From contig CAKSHP010000005.1 of assembly GCA_934457145.1 (NCBI GenBank), positions 17,121 to 81,120 of the forward strand: a stretch of DNA of 64,000 nt, read 5' to 3'. A program made the position numbers and the translations under genes. Below, piece after piece: positions 36,922-46,839 of the stretch. Below the pieces are notes generated by a model. That model was given only the letters and a program-made list of their open reading frames with translations, searched no databases and was not told where the DNA came from. The DNA is from an uncultured Clostridia bacterium (lineage in GTDB: Bacteria; Bacillota; Clostridia; UBA1381; UMGS1253). The first letter of the stretch is position 1. Every line of letters starts with the position of its first letter.

Positions 36922-36981
36922 AACAGGCTTTGTAAGAATGTATAAAGCAAGGCGAAAACTTCGTGTTGTTTTTAAAAGCGC

Positions 36982-37021
36982 AAAAAATGAGCTGTGCAAT
37001 GATTTTGCACAGCTCATTTTT
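36982..37021. terminator. bidirectional terminator between the flavodiiron gene and veg
   Basis: AAAATGAGCTGTGCA pairs with TGCACAGCTCATTTT. Confidence 0.8.
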
Positions 37022-37051
37022 ATAAGAAGGATGGTTAATATAAAAAGGTGG

Positions 37052-37339
37052 TTACGCAGTAACCGCATCGGGATTTTTAACGGGAGTTTTAATAAGAGCA
37101 AGCTCGATCGTTTTAGTTAAAACATCGGCATAACTGTACGACACGAGATTGTTTTTGGGAAGGTCGCTGCCGTTACTGTCGAGCCTTATTGTGAAAATAC
37201 AAGGATAAATGCTCTCTATTGTACCGCGGCTCACAATTGCCTTTTTTCTGCCGTGTCTTGAAACAAGACGCACAGACCTTCCGATATTTTGCTGCAAACT
37301 CTTTTTTACCAAAAGCAAATCGCTTTTTTCAATAATCAT
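37052..37339 (-). CDS. veg: Veg protein
   Basis: The inner ATG after GGAGGT gives IKKSLQQNIGRSVRLVSRHGRKKAIVSRGTIESIYPCIFTIRLD. Confidence 0.8.
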   Translation of the reverse strand: MIIEKSDLLLVKKSLQQNIGRSVRLVSRHGRKKAIVSRGTIESIYPCIFTIRLDSNGSDLPKNNLVSYSYADVLTKTIELALIKTPVKNPDAVTA

Positions 37340-37464
37340 ATTTACTACCTCCGCAAAATTTATCACGGCGCACAAGTGTACAAAGGTGTGTAAAATAAAG
37401 AAAAAAGCAGGTTTGCGACACTATTGACAAAACAATATTTTATCTGCTACCGTGTTATGTATAT

Positions 37465-37493
37465 ATTATACTACTTTTTGTGGCAAATGTCAA
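37465..37493 (-). promoter_or_regulatory. consensus promoter TTGACA-17-TATAAT for veg
   Basis: The minus strand reads TTGACAtttgccacaaaaagtagTATAAT. Confidence 0.7.
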
Positions 37494-37605
37494 TAAAAAA
37501 TTGCAAAAACATAAAAGTTTTTTTACAAAACGATTACAAATCTTGTATACAAAGCAAAAGCCAAACACAATATATCGTGTTCGGCTTTAAAATACGGTAT
37601 TAAAG

Positions 37606-38151
37606 TTAAAAGAAATCCGCAAATTCATCTCCGCGGCAAATCAGATGTGCATTGTTTTTTATGTATGCGGCATGGGCAGACGTGACTACAGAGTCTGCAA
37701 ATTCGAGCGCATTATTAAAAAGGCGGCTTTCTCGGGGGGCTTTAAAGTAATATTTTCCGGCGAGAGTGTAGAGCAGAGCAGCGGAAAAGTCTTCGTTTTT
37801 TACAGCACATAAAAAATCGGCAAAAGCTTTGTTGTCGGCAAAAGAGAAAAAAGCGTCTTTGTCATTTCCGAAAGCGGCGCTTGATTTCGGCAAACGGGGA
37901 AGCGGTTGTTTTTTTATTATGCGCGTTATAAAAAATATCAGCCTGTCGCTTTTTTGAACAGACTGCACCGCCACGCTTCCTCCGGTTTCAAAGCCGGTTT
38001 TGCTTGCGGCATATTTTACAAGCGTTATTAAAAAAGCTTTGAGCTCGGGGGAGGCGGAGTTTGGTTTTAAGCCGAAAAGCGCGCGAAAGCCCGGCTCGGA
38101 TGAATAAAACGTTACTTTTAGTTTTGTGCTGCTGATTTTTTCAAGGATCAT
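37606..38151 (-). CDS. possible MecA-like adaptor protein
   Basis: The N-terminus MILEKISSTKLKVTF resembles the MecA N-terminus (MEIERINEHTVKFY in B. subtilis, from memory). The call is weak. Start taken at ATG 38151 after GGAG. Confidence 0.4.
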   Translation of the reverse strand: MILEKISSTKLKVTFYSSEPGFRALFGLKPNSASPELKAFLITLVKYAASKTGFETGGSVAVQSVQKSDRLIFFITRIIKKQPLPRLPKSSAAFGNDKDAFFSFADNKAFADFLCAVKNEDFSAALLYTLAGKYYFKAPRESRLFNNALEFADSVVTSAHAAYIKNNAHLICRGDEFADFF

Positions 38152-38467
38152 AATTACAATCTCCATTCTGCCGCCCTGCACCGGCAAAAGAGGAAAAAAT
38201 CTCTTGTGCAGGGCATAATAAGAGATTTTTTAGTAAAGCAATTTGGACAGATGCTGATATTTGTTAGTATATCATATTAAAAGATAATTTTCTATGCAAA
38301 AAATCTTCCATTAAAGTATCGCGCAGTGGTATTGTTTTTTAAAAAGTTTTTTAATCGATGTTGAAAATTCAAAATACATATGCTATAATATTGTATGCAT
38401 TATAAGTTTAAATGTGCCGGAAAAAATGTGAGACAAAATATTTTAATACAGGAAATTTCCGTGACAA

Positions 38468-38872
38468 TTGCTTTTGCCGGAGAGGAGAGTGGTTTTTAAT
38501 TTGAAAGTGTATGACAGATGGAAGATGATGAGGGTTTATATTATAGCTTTAATGATTATTGCCGTTTTGGTTTCGTGTGCGGCGGTGTTTTTTTTGCAGT
38601 ATGCAGATGATGTGTTTTATATTGCATATATAGTAAACAGCGTGTCGGTAACGGTAAGCTCGGTGATATTCGGAATAAAAAACGGGTTTAAGTGGTGGTA
38701 TGCGGCAAGCGCTCTGTTTATTGAAACGGCGGTTATGACGGCGTTTTTTGTCGGCAGCGAAAACGATTTTCTTCCGTTTATGTTTGTGAGTTATTTGTCG
38801 GTTTGCTTTGTGAGCAATGCGATAGGAGCAATTATAGGAAAAATTAAAAAAAATAACGAAGAAGAGGAGTAA
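38468..38872 (+). CDS. small polytopic membrane protein
   Basis: Four hydrophobic segments. The start is uncertain (TTG 38468/38501 or ATG 38525). Confidence 0.5.
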   Translation: MLLPERRVVFNLKVYDRWKMMRVYIIALMIIAVLVSCAAVFFLQYADDVFYIAYIVNSVSVTVSSVIFGIKNGFKWWYAASALFIETAVMTAFFVGSENDFLPFMFVSYLSVCFVSNAIGAIIGKIKKNNEEEE

Positions 38873-38877
38873 GGAAA

Positions 38878-39210
38878 ATGGAGTTTAAAAAATTTGTTTA
38901 TAATGAAGAAACCGGTTTAAAGGATTTGGGCGGCGGCGTTAAAAGAAAGGTTTTGGCATACAGCGACGATATGATGCAGGTTGAAGTTCATTTTAAAGAG
39001 GGCAGCAAAGGCGATATGCACACACATCCGCATGTTCAGACAACTTATGTTCTGGAAGGCGAATTTGAATTTTGCGTCGGCGGTGAAACAAAGATTGTTA
39101 AAAAGGGCGACATGGTGTATATGCCGTCAAACGAAAAACACGGCTGCGTATGTCTTAAAGACGGAGTGCTGTTAGATTCGTTTACTCCGTGCAGAAAAGA
39201 CTTTCTTTAA
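38878..39210 (+). CDS. cupin domain protein
   Basis: GDMHTHPHVQTTYVLEGEFEF...G.MVYMPSNEKHG. Confidence 0.75.
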   Translation: MEFKKFVYNEETGLKDLGGGVKRKVLAYSDDMMQVEVHFKEGSKGDMHTHPHVQTTYVLEGEFEFCVGGETKIVKKGDMVYMPSNEKHGCVCLKDGVLLDSFTPCRKDFL

Positions 39211-39399
39211 TGATAAAATTGCACAAAAAAAGAGTGAAAAATGCGTGTAATATAAATGTAAAGTTGAAAAAATGTGCAAAATTTTATTTATAAACAACAA
39301 TATATAGATAAAATGTAAAGGTACACACTATATATTGAAAAATATTACACAAAAGTGTTAAATTTTCGCATATGGTAAAAAAAATATATCAAAAAAGTA

Positions 39400-39428
39400 T
39401 TGATTATTGAAATGAAAAGATGTATAAT
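39400..39428 (+). promoter_or_regulatory. promoter TTGATT-17-TATAAT for the S-layer gene
   Basis: Read directly. It leaves a leader of about 125 nt. Confidence 0.5.
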
Positions 39429-39556
39429 ATAAGCAGTATTTTATTAGGCTGTAATATGCTGTTGGAACTATCGGCGGTTTTTTGCGGTCTGATACATAAG
39501 GCGTGCATAAAAAAATAAGCTAATGTGTGCGCTTATATTTTGAAGGGGGTAAACAA

Positions 39557-42500
39557 ATGAAAATGTTTAGACGTTTAGCAGCTATGGCCGTTGCGGTTGC
39601 AATGGTTGTGGTAATGCTTCCGGCGGCAGTGTCGGCAGCTGTGCTGCCCGAAGATGTAAAGGGCACAAAGTATGAAGATGCTGCAACACTTTTGAGCGCT
39701 CTTGAAATTATGGTTGGCGACGGGGCAAAATTTAACCCGGACAACAACGTTACAAGAGCGGAGTTTGCAAGAATTCTGGTAGCGGTTATGGGACAGAACG
39801 ACTCTGCATCCGCTTACACTCCGAAAGGAATTTTTGCAGACGTTGCAACAAGCGAATGGTATGCTCCGTTTGTTGAGTATGCTGCTCAGTTCGGCGCAAT
39901 CAACGGCTACGGAAACGGTAACTTCGGTCCTAACGATAACGTTACGGGTTACCAGGCAATCAAGATGATCTGCTTTGCTTCCGGTCATGACGCTTGCGCA
40001 CAGGATCCGGTGAACGGATTCCCGACAGAGTATGTTCAGATTGCAAAGGACTATGATTTCCTTAAGAATTTGGGTGACGTTACTCTTTCGCTTCCTATGA
40101 CACGCGGACAGGTTGCTATTTTGGCATACAATGTTTTGCAGGTTGACATGCTTAAGGTAACAGGTACAACAGATACAGGAAATGTGTTTGAAGTTACAAA
40201 GGGCAAGACTCTTTTAACCGAAAAACATAAGGTTTATAAAATCGAAGGTACTGTAACTGCAAACGAGAAAACAGGTCTTTACGGCGCAGACAACCTTACA
40301 AGCGGTAAAGTGCAGATAGAAAAAGGCACACAGGTTAAGGTTTTGGATATCGGCGAAACAGACATTGCAGATAAACTCGGTGCATATTTGAAGGTGTTCT
40401 ACAGAGTTGATGAAGATGATGACAGCGAAACAGTTATCGCATACACAGCTTCTTCAAACAAGAACAGCACAGTTACGGTTGCTTACGACGATATCGATAT
40501 CGATAACTGCACAGACAAAACAATTAAGTACTGGCAGGACAGAGATGCAACAGAGAAAACAACAAAGATTGATATTTCCGATGATCCGATTATAGTTTGG
40601 AACGGTACAACAACAAAGGATTATTCCGGTGTTGTTGACGCAATAAAGGATTCCGAAAACAAGCAGTCTACCGTTGAGTTTGTTGACAACAACGGCGACA
40701 ACACTGTAGACGTTGTTAGAATTACGGCATATGAAACATATGTTATTGACCGTATCGATTCTAAAAACTATATAATCACTGATGAAATCGGCGATTATTC
40801 AACAGGCAAGAAAAAGAACAGAACAGTTACTTTGGATGTTGATGACGATGCTATATTCGTTAAAATCACAGACGCAGACGGAGAAGAATATGAATTTTCC
40901 GATTTGTCTGTAGGCGATGTATTGTCGGTTGCAGCTTCTAAAGACGGCAAGATGATTGATGTTAAGGTTTCAACAGATACTGTTGAAGGATCTGTTACAT
41001 CAAAGGGAACATCAAACGGCAAAACAGTTTTTGCTATAGATGATGAAGATTACAACTTAACTTCGATTTATTCAACTTACCTTGCAAACAGCGGCACACA
41101 GATAAGAATAGGCAACAGCTACAGCTTTAAGCTTGACGCTTTCGGCGAAATTGCATATTCTGATTCTGCTGCAAGCAGTTCAGACGGTGAGTTTGGATTT
41201 ATAACAACATTTGCAGAGTCTGAAAGAGCAGATTCAACAATGAATATCAAGATATTCTCCGGCGGATCTGTTGATGTATACGGCGTTGCAAGCACAGTTA
41301 AAATCGACGGTGACAAATATAAGGGTACAGCAGCTGTTAAGGATGCTTTGGAAGATATAGTTGCAACATATATTCCTTATAACAATACTACAAGCGCAGG
41401 TATGCAGAAGTCCGGTTACTATAATGACAGTAAGTGGTATGGTGTGCCGGTAATATTTGAACTTGATGATGATGAAAACATTAAGTATATCGATACTCCG
41501 AGTATGGGAGCAAACGAAGATAAATACACATTGCAGCCTGTTAAGAATGCAACAGCTTCTACGAACGCTCAGAAAATGGCTATTAATAATTTGCAGTATT
41601 CAAGCACAACTTCGGCATTTACATCTATGTTCCCGCTTGCTTCAACATGCAATGTAATTCAGCTTCCGAGTGACTATGATGATCTTAACGATGCATCAAA
41701 GTACAAGACAGGAAAATCATTTGTAGACGAGAAAAAATATTTTGTTCAGATGTTTACAACCGATCCTGATGTGTACACATCAAACTACGTTCTTGTTGCA
41801 GACGGTGCACAGGGTAAAAAATCGACAACATTTAAGACAAATATTGTTGATGCTATGAGAGATGATAACGGTTCTAAGTATTCATCAAGCGATAATCCGA
41901 GTACAAAGTATGTTTCATTGTTTGTTGTTAAAGAAGCGTTTAACGCATTAAATGACGATGATGAAAAGACTCTTATGATAACGGGTATCGAAAACGGCGC
42001 AGAAGTAACATACACGCTTGATCCTGAATTATTTGAATCAAACGCAGTTGTTGAAATGTTTAAAAAGTACGGCGCTAAGTTCACGGACGAAGGCGGCTCG
42101 CGTACAAAGAACATGCCTGTTATGGAAGGCGACGTTCTCAGAGTTATTCAGCATAAGGATACTAAGTATGTTATAGCTCTTACACCAATATTCTTTATAG
42201 AAGAAAAGGCATTTGCTGCTAATACAGATGGCGGAAGTTTAGACGGTAGACATTCATATACAGTTGATATTTCGGCTGTTAAAGAAATTAACGGTTCAAA
42301 TGCAGTTATGTCTTACTTTGCTTTACCGGCTAGCTCGGGTGAGTATAAGTATCAGGTTGTTATGAATGGTAAGATGCTTGGTAATAATGGTGACTTAACA
42401 TGGAATGCAGACAGCAAAGTTTATGAAGGTCTGTACAGAGGTGCATTCAATGTTGGCAGCGCTAAAACAACTGTTTATGACGCATCTAAGGGCGACGGCA

Positions 42501-42631
42501 AGAAAGTATCAACAGGTACTATGAATGATATAGTAACAATTGATGACGCTTCGGCAAATGAAAATCCGAGTATCGTTATTGTACGTTATCAGAGCGGAAG
42601 CGCTAAAGAAATGCATATCATTAACCTTTGA
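39557..42631 (+). CDS. S-layer/cell-surface protein with N-terminal SLH domains
   Basis: The start after GAAGGGGG gives the signal peptide MKMFRRLAAMAVAVAMVVVMLPAAVSA. Three SLH-like repeats follow (TRAEFARILVAVMG, GYQAIKMICFA, TRGQVAILAYNVL). The rest is long and rich in Thr, Asp and Lys. Confidence 0.8.
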   Translation: MKMFRRLAAMAVAVAMVVVMLPAAVSAAVLPEDVKGTKYEDAATLLSALEIMVGDGAKFNPDNNVTRAEFARILVAVMGQNDSASAYTPKGIFADVATSEWYAPFVEYAAQFGAINGYGNGNFGPNDNVTGYQAIKMICFASGHDACAQDPVNGFPTEYVQIAKDYDFLKNLGDVTLSLPMTRGQVAILAYNVLQVDMLKVTGTTDTGNVFEVTKGKTLLTEKHKVYKIEGTVTANEKTGLYGADNLTSGKVQIEKGTQVKVLDIGETDIADKLGAYLKVFYRVDEDDDSETVIAYTASSNKNSTVTVAYDDIDIDNCTDKTIKYWQDRDATEKTTKIDISDDPIIVWNGTTTKDYSGVVDAIKDSENKQSTVEFVDNNGDNTVDVVRITAYETYVIDRIDSKNYIITDEIGDYSTGKKKNRTVTLDVDDDAIFVKITDADGEEYEFSDLSVGDVLSVAASKDGKMIDVKVSTDTVEGSVTSKGTSNGKTVFAIDDEDYNLTSIYSTYLANSGTQIRIGNSYSFKLDAFGEIAYSDSAASSSDGEFGFITTFAESERADSTMNIKIFSGGSVDVYGVASTVKIDGDKYKGTAAVKDALEDIVATYIPYNNTTSAGMQKSGYYNDSKWYGVPVIFELDDDENIKYIDTPSMGANEDKYTLQPVKNATASTNAQKMAINNLQYSSTTSAFTSMFPLASTCNVIQLPSDYDDLNDASKYKTGKSFVDEKKYFVQMFTTDPDVYTSNYVLVADGAQGKKSTTFKTNIVDAMRDDNGSKYSSSDNPSTKYVSLFVVKEAFNALNDDDEKTLMITGIENGAEVTYTLDPELFESNAVVEMFKKYGAKFTDEGGSRTKNMPVMEGDVLRVIQHKDTKYVIALTPIFFIEEKAFAANTDGGSLDGRHSYTVDISAVKEINGSNAVMSYFALPASSGEYKYQVVMNGKMLGNNGDLTWNADSKVYEGLYRGAFNVGSAKTTVYDASKGDGKKVSTGTMNDIVTIDDASANENPSIVIVRYQSGSAKEMHIINL

Positions 42632-42651
42632 TTAAAAGTTTAAGGTAAATC

Positions 42652-42686
42652 AAAAACCGCATTGCAATCTTGCAGTGCGGTTTTTT
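42652..42686 (+). terminator. terminator after the S-layer gene
   Basis: AAACCGCATTGCA pairs with TGCAGTGCGGTTT, followed by a T-run. Confidence 0.8.
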
Positions 42687-42730
42687 GTGCGAAAAATTTG
42701 CGGGACAGGAGGGAAATGAAGAAAAGTAAA

Positions 42731-42776
42731 CCCCCGTAGGGCAGGGGCTTGCTCCTGCCGCAAATGCAGATGAAAA
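42731..42776 (+). repeat. REP-like GC hairpin element, copy 1
   Basis: CCCCCGTAGGGCAGGGGCTTGCTCCTGCCGCAAATGCAGATGAAAA. Confidence 0.6.
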
Positions 42777-42843
42777 CTAACTGAAAACAAAACGGAAAAA
42801 GCAAGCCCTTTACCTACAAGTTGGGTGTAAAAAATAAATTAAT

Positions 42844-42888
42844 CCTCCGTAGGGCAGGGGCCCCGTCCTGCTGCCGATGCAGATGAAA
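42844..42888 (+). repeat. REP-like GC hairpin element, copy 2
   Basis: CCTCCGTAGGGCAGGGGCCCCGTCCTGCTGCCGATGCAGATGAAA. Confidence 0.6.
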
Positions 42889-42992
42889 TTTGATTGTAAA
42901 AATGAAAATATGTGAAAGGTTAGTTAATTTTCAATCTGACAAAAATAAAAAAGCAAGTCTGTCAACTCGCAGGCTTGCTTTTTTACAGATGA

Positions 42993-43466
42993 TTATTTAT
43001 TGTTTATAAGGTTTAAAACAGGCGCCGGAACATATTTTGAAACATCGCTCCCATAGCTTGAAAGCTCCTTAACCATAGAGGACGACACCGCAATATTTTC
43101 CGCACGGAAATAAACATATTCCAAAGCCGGATTTATAAGCTTGTTTACCTCTGCAAGGTTTTCTTCATAGTTATAGTCCATATTATTTCTCAGACCCCTT
43201 ATCATATAGCCTATATTATTTTGTTTTGTGTATTCGGCGATAAGACCGTCACAGGCGCATACGATACAGTTTGAAATATGTTCTTCTTTTAATGTTTTTT
43301 GAATTGCTAAAATCATGTCGTCCGGCGAATATGTGCGCACTTTTCCGGGGTTTACGCCGATTGTGACATAAAGGGTGTCAAAAAGCGACGACGCTTTTTT
43401 AACTATATCCAAATGACCGTTTGTGAACGGATCAAAGGTTCCGGGGTATATTGCTGTGTTTGACAT
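42993..43466 (-). CDS. coaD: phosphopantetheine adenylyltransferase
   Basis: AIYPGTFDPFTNGHLDIV. Confidence 0.9.
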   Translation of the reverse strand: MSNTAIYPGTFDPFTNGHLDIVKKASSLFDTLYVTIGVNPGKVRTYSPDDMILAIQKTLKEEHISNCIVCACDGLIAEYTKQNNIGYMIRGLRNNMDYNYEENLAEVNKLINPALEYVYFRAENIAVSSSMVKELSSYGSDVSKYVPAPVLNLINNK

Positions 43467-43616
43467 ATAACCAATTCCTTTCGTGAAAAATAGAAACTGT
43501 TTTTAATTATTATATTTGTTTTTGTGCCTTTTGTCAAGTAATAAACGAAAAGAGCGGTTCATATAATTTAGATATGTTTTATTATTGTGAAAAAAATATA
43601 CACAGGGGGCGGAAAA

Positions 43617-44378
43617 ATGTTTAAATGCATGATTATAACGAAAAGGCGAATTATTGCGGCAGTGTGTTTGGTTTTGGCGTTGTGCGGCGGTGCGTATGTG
43701 TTTTCTGCGGTTGCGCCGAAAGGTGCGGCGGGGGAAGAAAATCTGCCGATATACTGCGTGGACACAAGTGAAAAAAAGATTGCGCTGACGTTTGACTGTG
43801 CCTGGGAGGATTTTGACACGGAGAAAATACTTGGTGTGCTTGAAAAACACGGAGCAAAGGCAACGTTTTTTGTTACAGGAGATTATGTTAGGCGATGCGC
43901 CGAATCTGTGAAGAAATTCAGCAAGGCAGGTCACGAAATAGGCAATCATTCGGATAATCATCCTCATCCTAACAAGCTTTCTGCCGCCGGGCTTATAGCG
44001 GACACGGAAAAGTGCAGCAAGGAAATAGAAAATCTCGGAATAGAAGAAAAAAAGCTTTACCGTGCGCCGTACGGTGAGTATAATGAAAATGTGGTTGAAA
44101 CGATAAACAAAGCAGGGTATAAGTTTATTCAGTGGGACGCGGACTCTTTGGATTATACGGGGCTTAGTGTGCAGGAAATTAAAGAGAGAATTAAAAAAAG
44201 GGTAAAAAGCGGTTCGATATTGCTTTTTCATACAGGTGTTAAAAATACGGCACCGGCGCTTGATGAAATACTTTCGGATTTAAAAGAGCAGGGGTACAGC
44301 ATTGTCGGAGCAGATGAGCTTATTTATAAAGACAATTATATTATAGACCGCAGCGGACGGCAGATGTTAAAAAAATAA
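43617..44378 (+). CDS. polysaccharide deacetylase (NodB homology domain)
   Basis: The inner ATG 43617 gives a TM helix, then IALTFDCAW, KATFFVTG, GHEIGNHSDNHP and LFH. Confidence 0.8.
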   Translation: MFKCMIITKRRIIAAVCLVLALCGGAYVFSAVAPKGAAGEENLPIYCVDTSEKKIALTFDCAWEDFDTEKILGVLEKHGAKATFFVTGDYVRRCAESVKKFSKAGHEIGNHSDNHPHPNKLSAAGLIADTEKCSKEIENLGIEEKKLYRAPYGEYNENVVETINKAGYKFIQWDADSLDYTGLSVQEIKERIKKRVKSGSILLFHTGVKNTAPALDEILSDLKEQGYSIVGADELIYKDNYIIDRSGRQMLKK

Positions 44379-44448
44379 GCAGTTGCAAATGTTTTGTGTT
44401 TGTGATAAAATATAATTTAGGCAAAGATTATTTACGGAGGAAAGAACA

Positions 44449-45798
44449 GTGAGTAAGTTACAAAAGGATTTAACGACCGGGAGCGTGTTTCGGTGTCTTA
44501 TTATGTTTGCACTGCCGTTTTTATTATCAAACATTGTACAGTCGCTTTATAATGTGGCGGATATGTACATAGTTGGAAAATTTGACGGTCCTGTGGGCAT
44601 TTCGGGCGTTAATATAGGCGGTCAGGTGACATTTTTGATGACAAATATAGTAGTCGGACTGTCGACTGGAGGAACAATTATAATTGCGCAGTATCTCGGA
44701 GCAAAAAGAGAAGATGACGCTAAACAAACGATATCTACAATGCTGGTTGTGCTTATCATGTCGGCAGTGGTTATAACTGCTTTGATGCTTATTTTTGCAA
44801 ATCAGATACTTAAGCTTATACAGACGCCGGCAGATTCTTTTGCAGCTGCAAAAGAATATCTGGACGTTACGGTTTTGGGAACTGTGTTTATATTTGGTTA
44901 CAATGCGCTCAGTGCGGTTATGCGCGGTATGGGCGACAGCAAAACACCTATGATATTTGTGTGCGTGGCATGTGTGGTAAATATATTTGCGGATTTGTTT
45001 TTCGTGGGTGTGCTGAAAATGGGAGCAAAGGGCGCAGCGATTGCAACGGTTATGAGCCAGGCGCTGAGCATGATTTTGTGTGTTATATATTTAAAAAAGA
45101 ACAATTTTATATTTGACTTTAGTTTAAAGAGTTTTAAGTTTTATAAAAGCAAGTTTAATATGATAATGAAGGTCGGCATACCAACGGCTGTGCAGAACGT
45201 TATAACAAACATATCGTTTCTTGTTATAACAACGCTTGTTAATTCTATAGGAGTTATGGCATCGGCGGCGGTTGGCGTTGTCGGAAAATTTAACGGGTTT
45301 GCGATTATGCCGGTTATTGCAATCAGTTCGTCGATATCGGCAATGATTGCGCAAAACAGCGGTGCAAACAGACCGGACCGAGTTAAAAAAACGCTGCTTT
45401 ACGGATTTACGATAGCGTTTTGTATTACGCTGCCGGTGTTTATAATTGTAAAGCTCTTTCCGGGACAGATTATTGAAATTTTCGACAAAACGCCGCAGAT
45501 GGTTGAAGCGGGAAAGGTGTATTTGTCGGTGTTTGCGTTTGATTATTTATTAGTTCCGTTTTCATTTTGTTTTACAGGTCTTATGACCGGCGCGGGACAC
45601 ACAAAGTTTGCGCTTTTATGCTCCGTGGCTTCGGCGCTGCTGTTCAGGATACCTGTTTCGATACTATTCGGTATGGTTTTAAATATGGGGCTGGGCGGTA
45701 TTGCGCTTGCGGTTCCGGTGTCGTCATTTGGCGGAGCATTGATAGGTTTGGGGTATTTTTTGAGTGGAAAGTGGAAAAAGAGCAGCATTATAAAATAA
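44449..45798 (+). CDS. MATE family efflux transporter
   Basis: Twelve TM helices, with FALPFLLSNIVQSLYNVADMYIVG. Confidence 0.85.
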   Translation: MSKLQKDLTTGSVFRCLIMFALPFLLSNIVQSLYNVADMYIVGKFDGPVGISGVNIGGQVTFLMTNIVVGLSTGGTIIIAQYLGAKREDDAKQTISTMLVVLIMSAVVITALMLIFANQILKLIQTPADSFAAAKEYLDVTVLGTVFIFGYNALSAVMRGMGDSKTPMIFVCVACVVNIFADLFFVGVLKMGAKGAAIATVMSQALSMILCVIYLKKNNFIFDFSLKSFKFYKSKFNMIMKVGIPTAVQNVITNISFLVITTLVNSIGVMASAAVGVVGKFNGFAIMPVIAISSSISAMIAQNSGANRPDRVKKTLLYGFTIAFCITLPVFIIVKLFPGQIIEIFDKTPQMVEAGKVYLSVFAFDYLLVPFSFCFTGLMTGAGHTKFALLCSVASALLFRIPVSILFGMVLNMGLGGIALAVPVSSFGGALIGLGYFLSGKWKKSSIIK

Positions 45799-45851
45799 AG
45801 ATTGCATTAAAAATTTGAAGACCTCAGGCTGCTTTGCGGAAATGGGTAAAA

Positions 45852-46110
45852 TGAAAAAGGTGAGCAAAGCGAACATTTAGAACTGACGAAGTCAAATTTT
45901 TTAATACACAGTAAATTGCGACGGCAATTGCGTGTATCATAAAAATTTACCGCTGAAAAACGTGAGCAAAGCGAACATTTAAAACTGACGAAGTCAAATT
46001 TTTTTAATACACAGTAAATTGCATCGGCAATTGCGTGTATCATAAAAATTTACCGCTGAAAAACGTGAGCAAAGCGAACATTTAAAACTGACGAAGTCAA
46101 ATTTTTTTAT
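45852..46110. repeat. tandem repeat, about 2.5 units of 102-103 nt
   Basis: GTGAGCAAAGCGAACATTTA recurs at 45860, 45962 and 46065. Each full unit carries a hairpin ATACAC..AATTGC-nnnn-GCAATT..GTGTAT. Confidence 0.85.
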
Positions 46111-46774
46111 AAACAAAAAAGCCGTTTTCATCGTCACATGACGCTAAAAACACGTCTGACAGATTAGTGATATCGTTTGCTTTAAGTTTTGCATTAAGCC
46201 ACTTTTCGTCTTTTCCGCAGCGTTTTAAGTTTTCGTGCATTATTATGCCGTCACAGATTAGGTTTGTTTGAATTTTTTGCTGAGTGAGTCGGATATTCAT
46301 ATCACCGGCGGTGAGGTTTTTGGCATCGGATCTCGGAAGAATACTTATTTTCCCGTTTGGCTCAAGAATGGCGCAGTAAATGTCCTCCATGGAAAAATAG
46401 CCCTGGTTTCTCATTTGAATTAAAAATTCGTTTAAATCTATTCTGGTTTTTTTTAAGTTTTCAAAAAAGAACTTGTTTTCAGAAAACAAAACGATGCTTT
46501 TGCCGGAAAGAAAGGTTCGCAGTTTTTGGGATTTACTGCTGCAAATTGATATTAAAACGGCAAACAGCGCATAAATTACCATTGCAATCAGCGGTTTTAA
46601 CATATCATGTTCAATTGCGGTTGCCATTTCTGCGGCGATAGAGCCGATTGTGATACCGTTTACATAATCAAAAAGGCTGAGCTGGGAAACCTGGCGCTTG
46701 CCGATAATTCTTGTTATTATAAAAAGTGCTGCAATTGAGAGCACGGTTGACAGTACAACATTTAAAAAATCCAA
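46097..46774 (-). CDS. DUF421/YetF-like membrane protein
   Basis: TRIIGKRQVSQLSLFDYV is typical of the family. I moved the start to TTG 46774, 8 nt after GGAGG. Confidence 0.65.
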   Translation of the reverse strand: MDFLNVVLSTVLSIAALFIITRIIGKRQVSQLSLFDYVNGITIGSIAAEMATAIEHDMLKPLIAMVIYALFAVLISICSSKSQKLRTFLSGKSIVLFSENKFFFENLKKTRIDLNEFLIQMRNQGYFSMEDIYCAILEPNGKISILPRSDAKNLTAGDMNIRLTQQKIQTNLICDGIIMHENLKRCGKDEKWLNAKLKANDITNLSDVFLASCDDENGFFVYKKI

Positions 46775-46839
46775 AATGAAAAACCTCCGTATTTGTGATA
46801 TACATTTAATATATACCGTACGGAGGTTTTTATTCATGT

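Noticed and set aside
43503-44231. 242-aa minus-strand ORF overlapping the polysaccharide deacetylase gene.
   Set aside because: Its translation is Arg/Phe-rich with no motifs. The plus-strand frame carries clear NodB motifs (TFDCAW, HEIGNHS, LFH).
45807-46110. Possible CRISPR array, or a 78-aa ORF, in the repeat region.
   Set aside because: The units are about 102 nt and directly abutting, with no unique spacers. No cas genes are present. The ORF is just the repeat read in frame.
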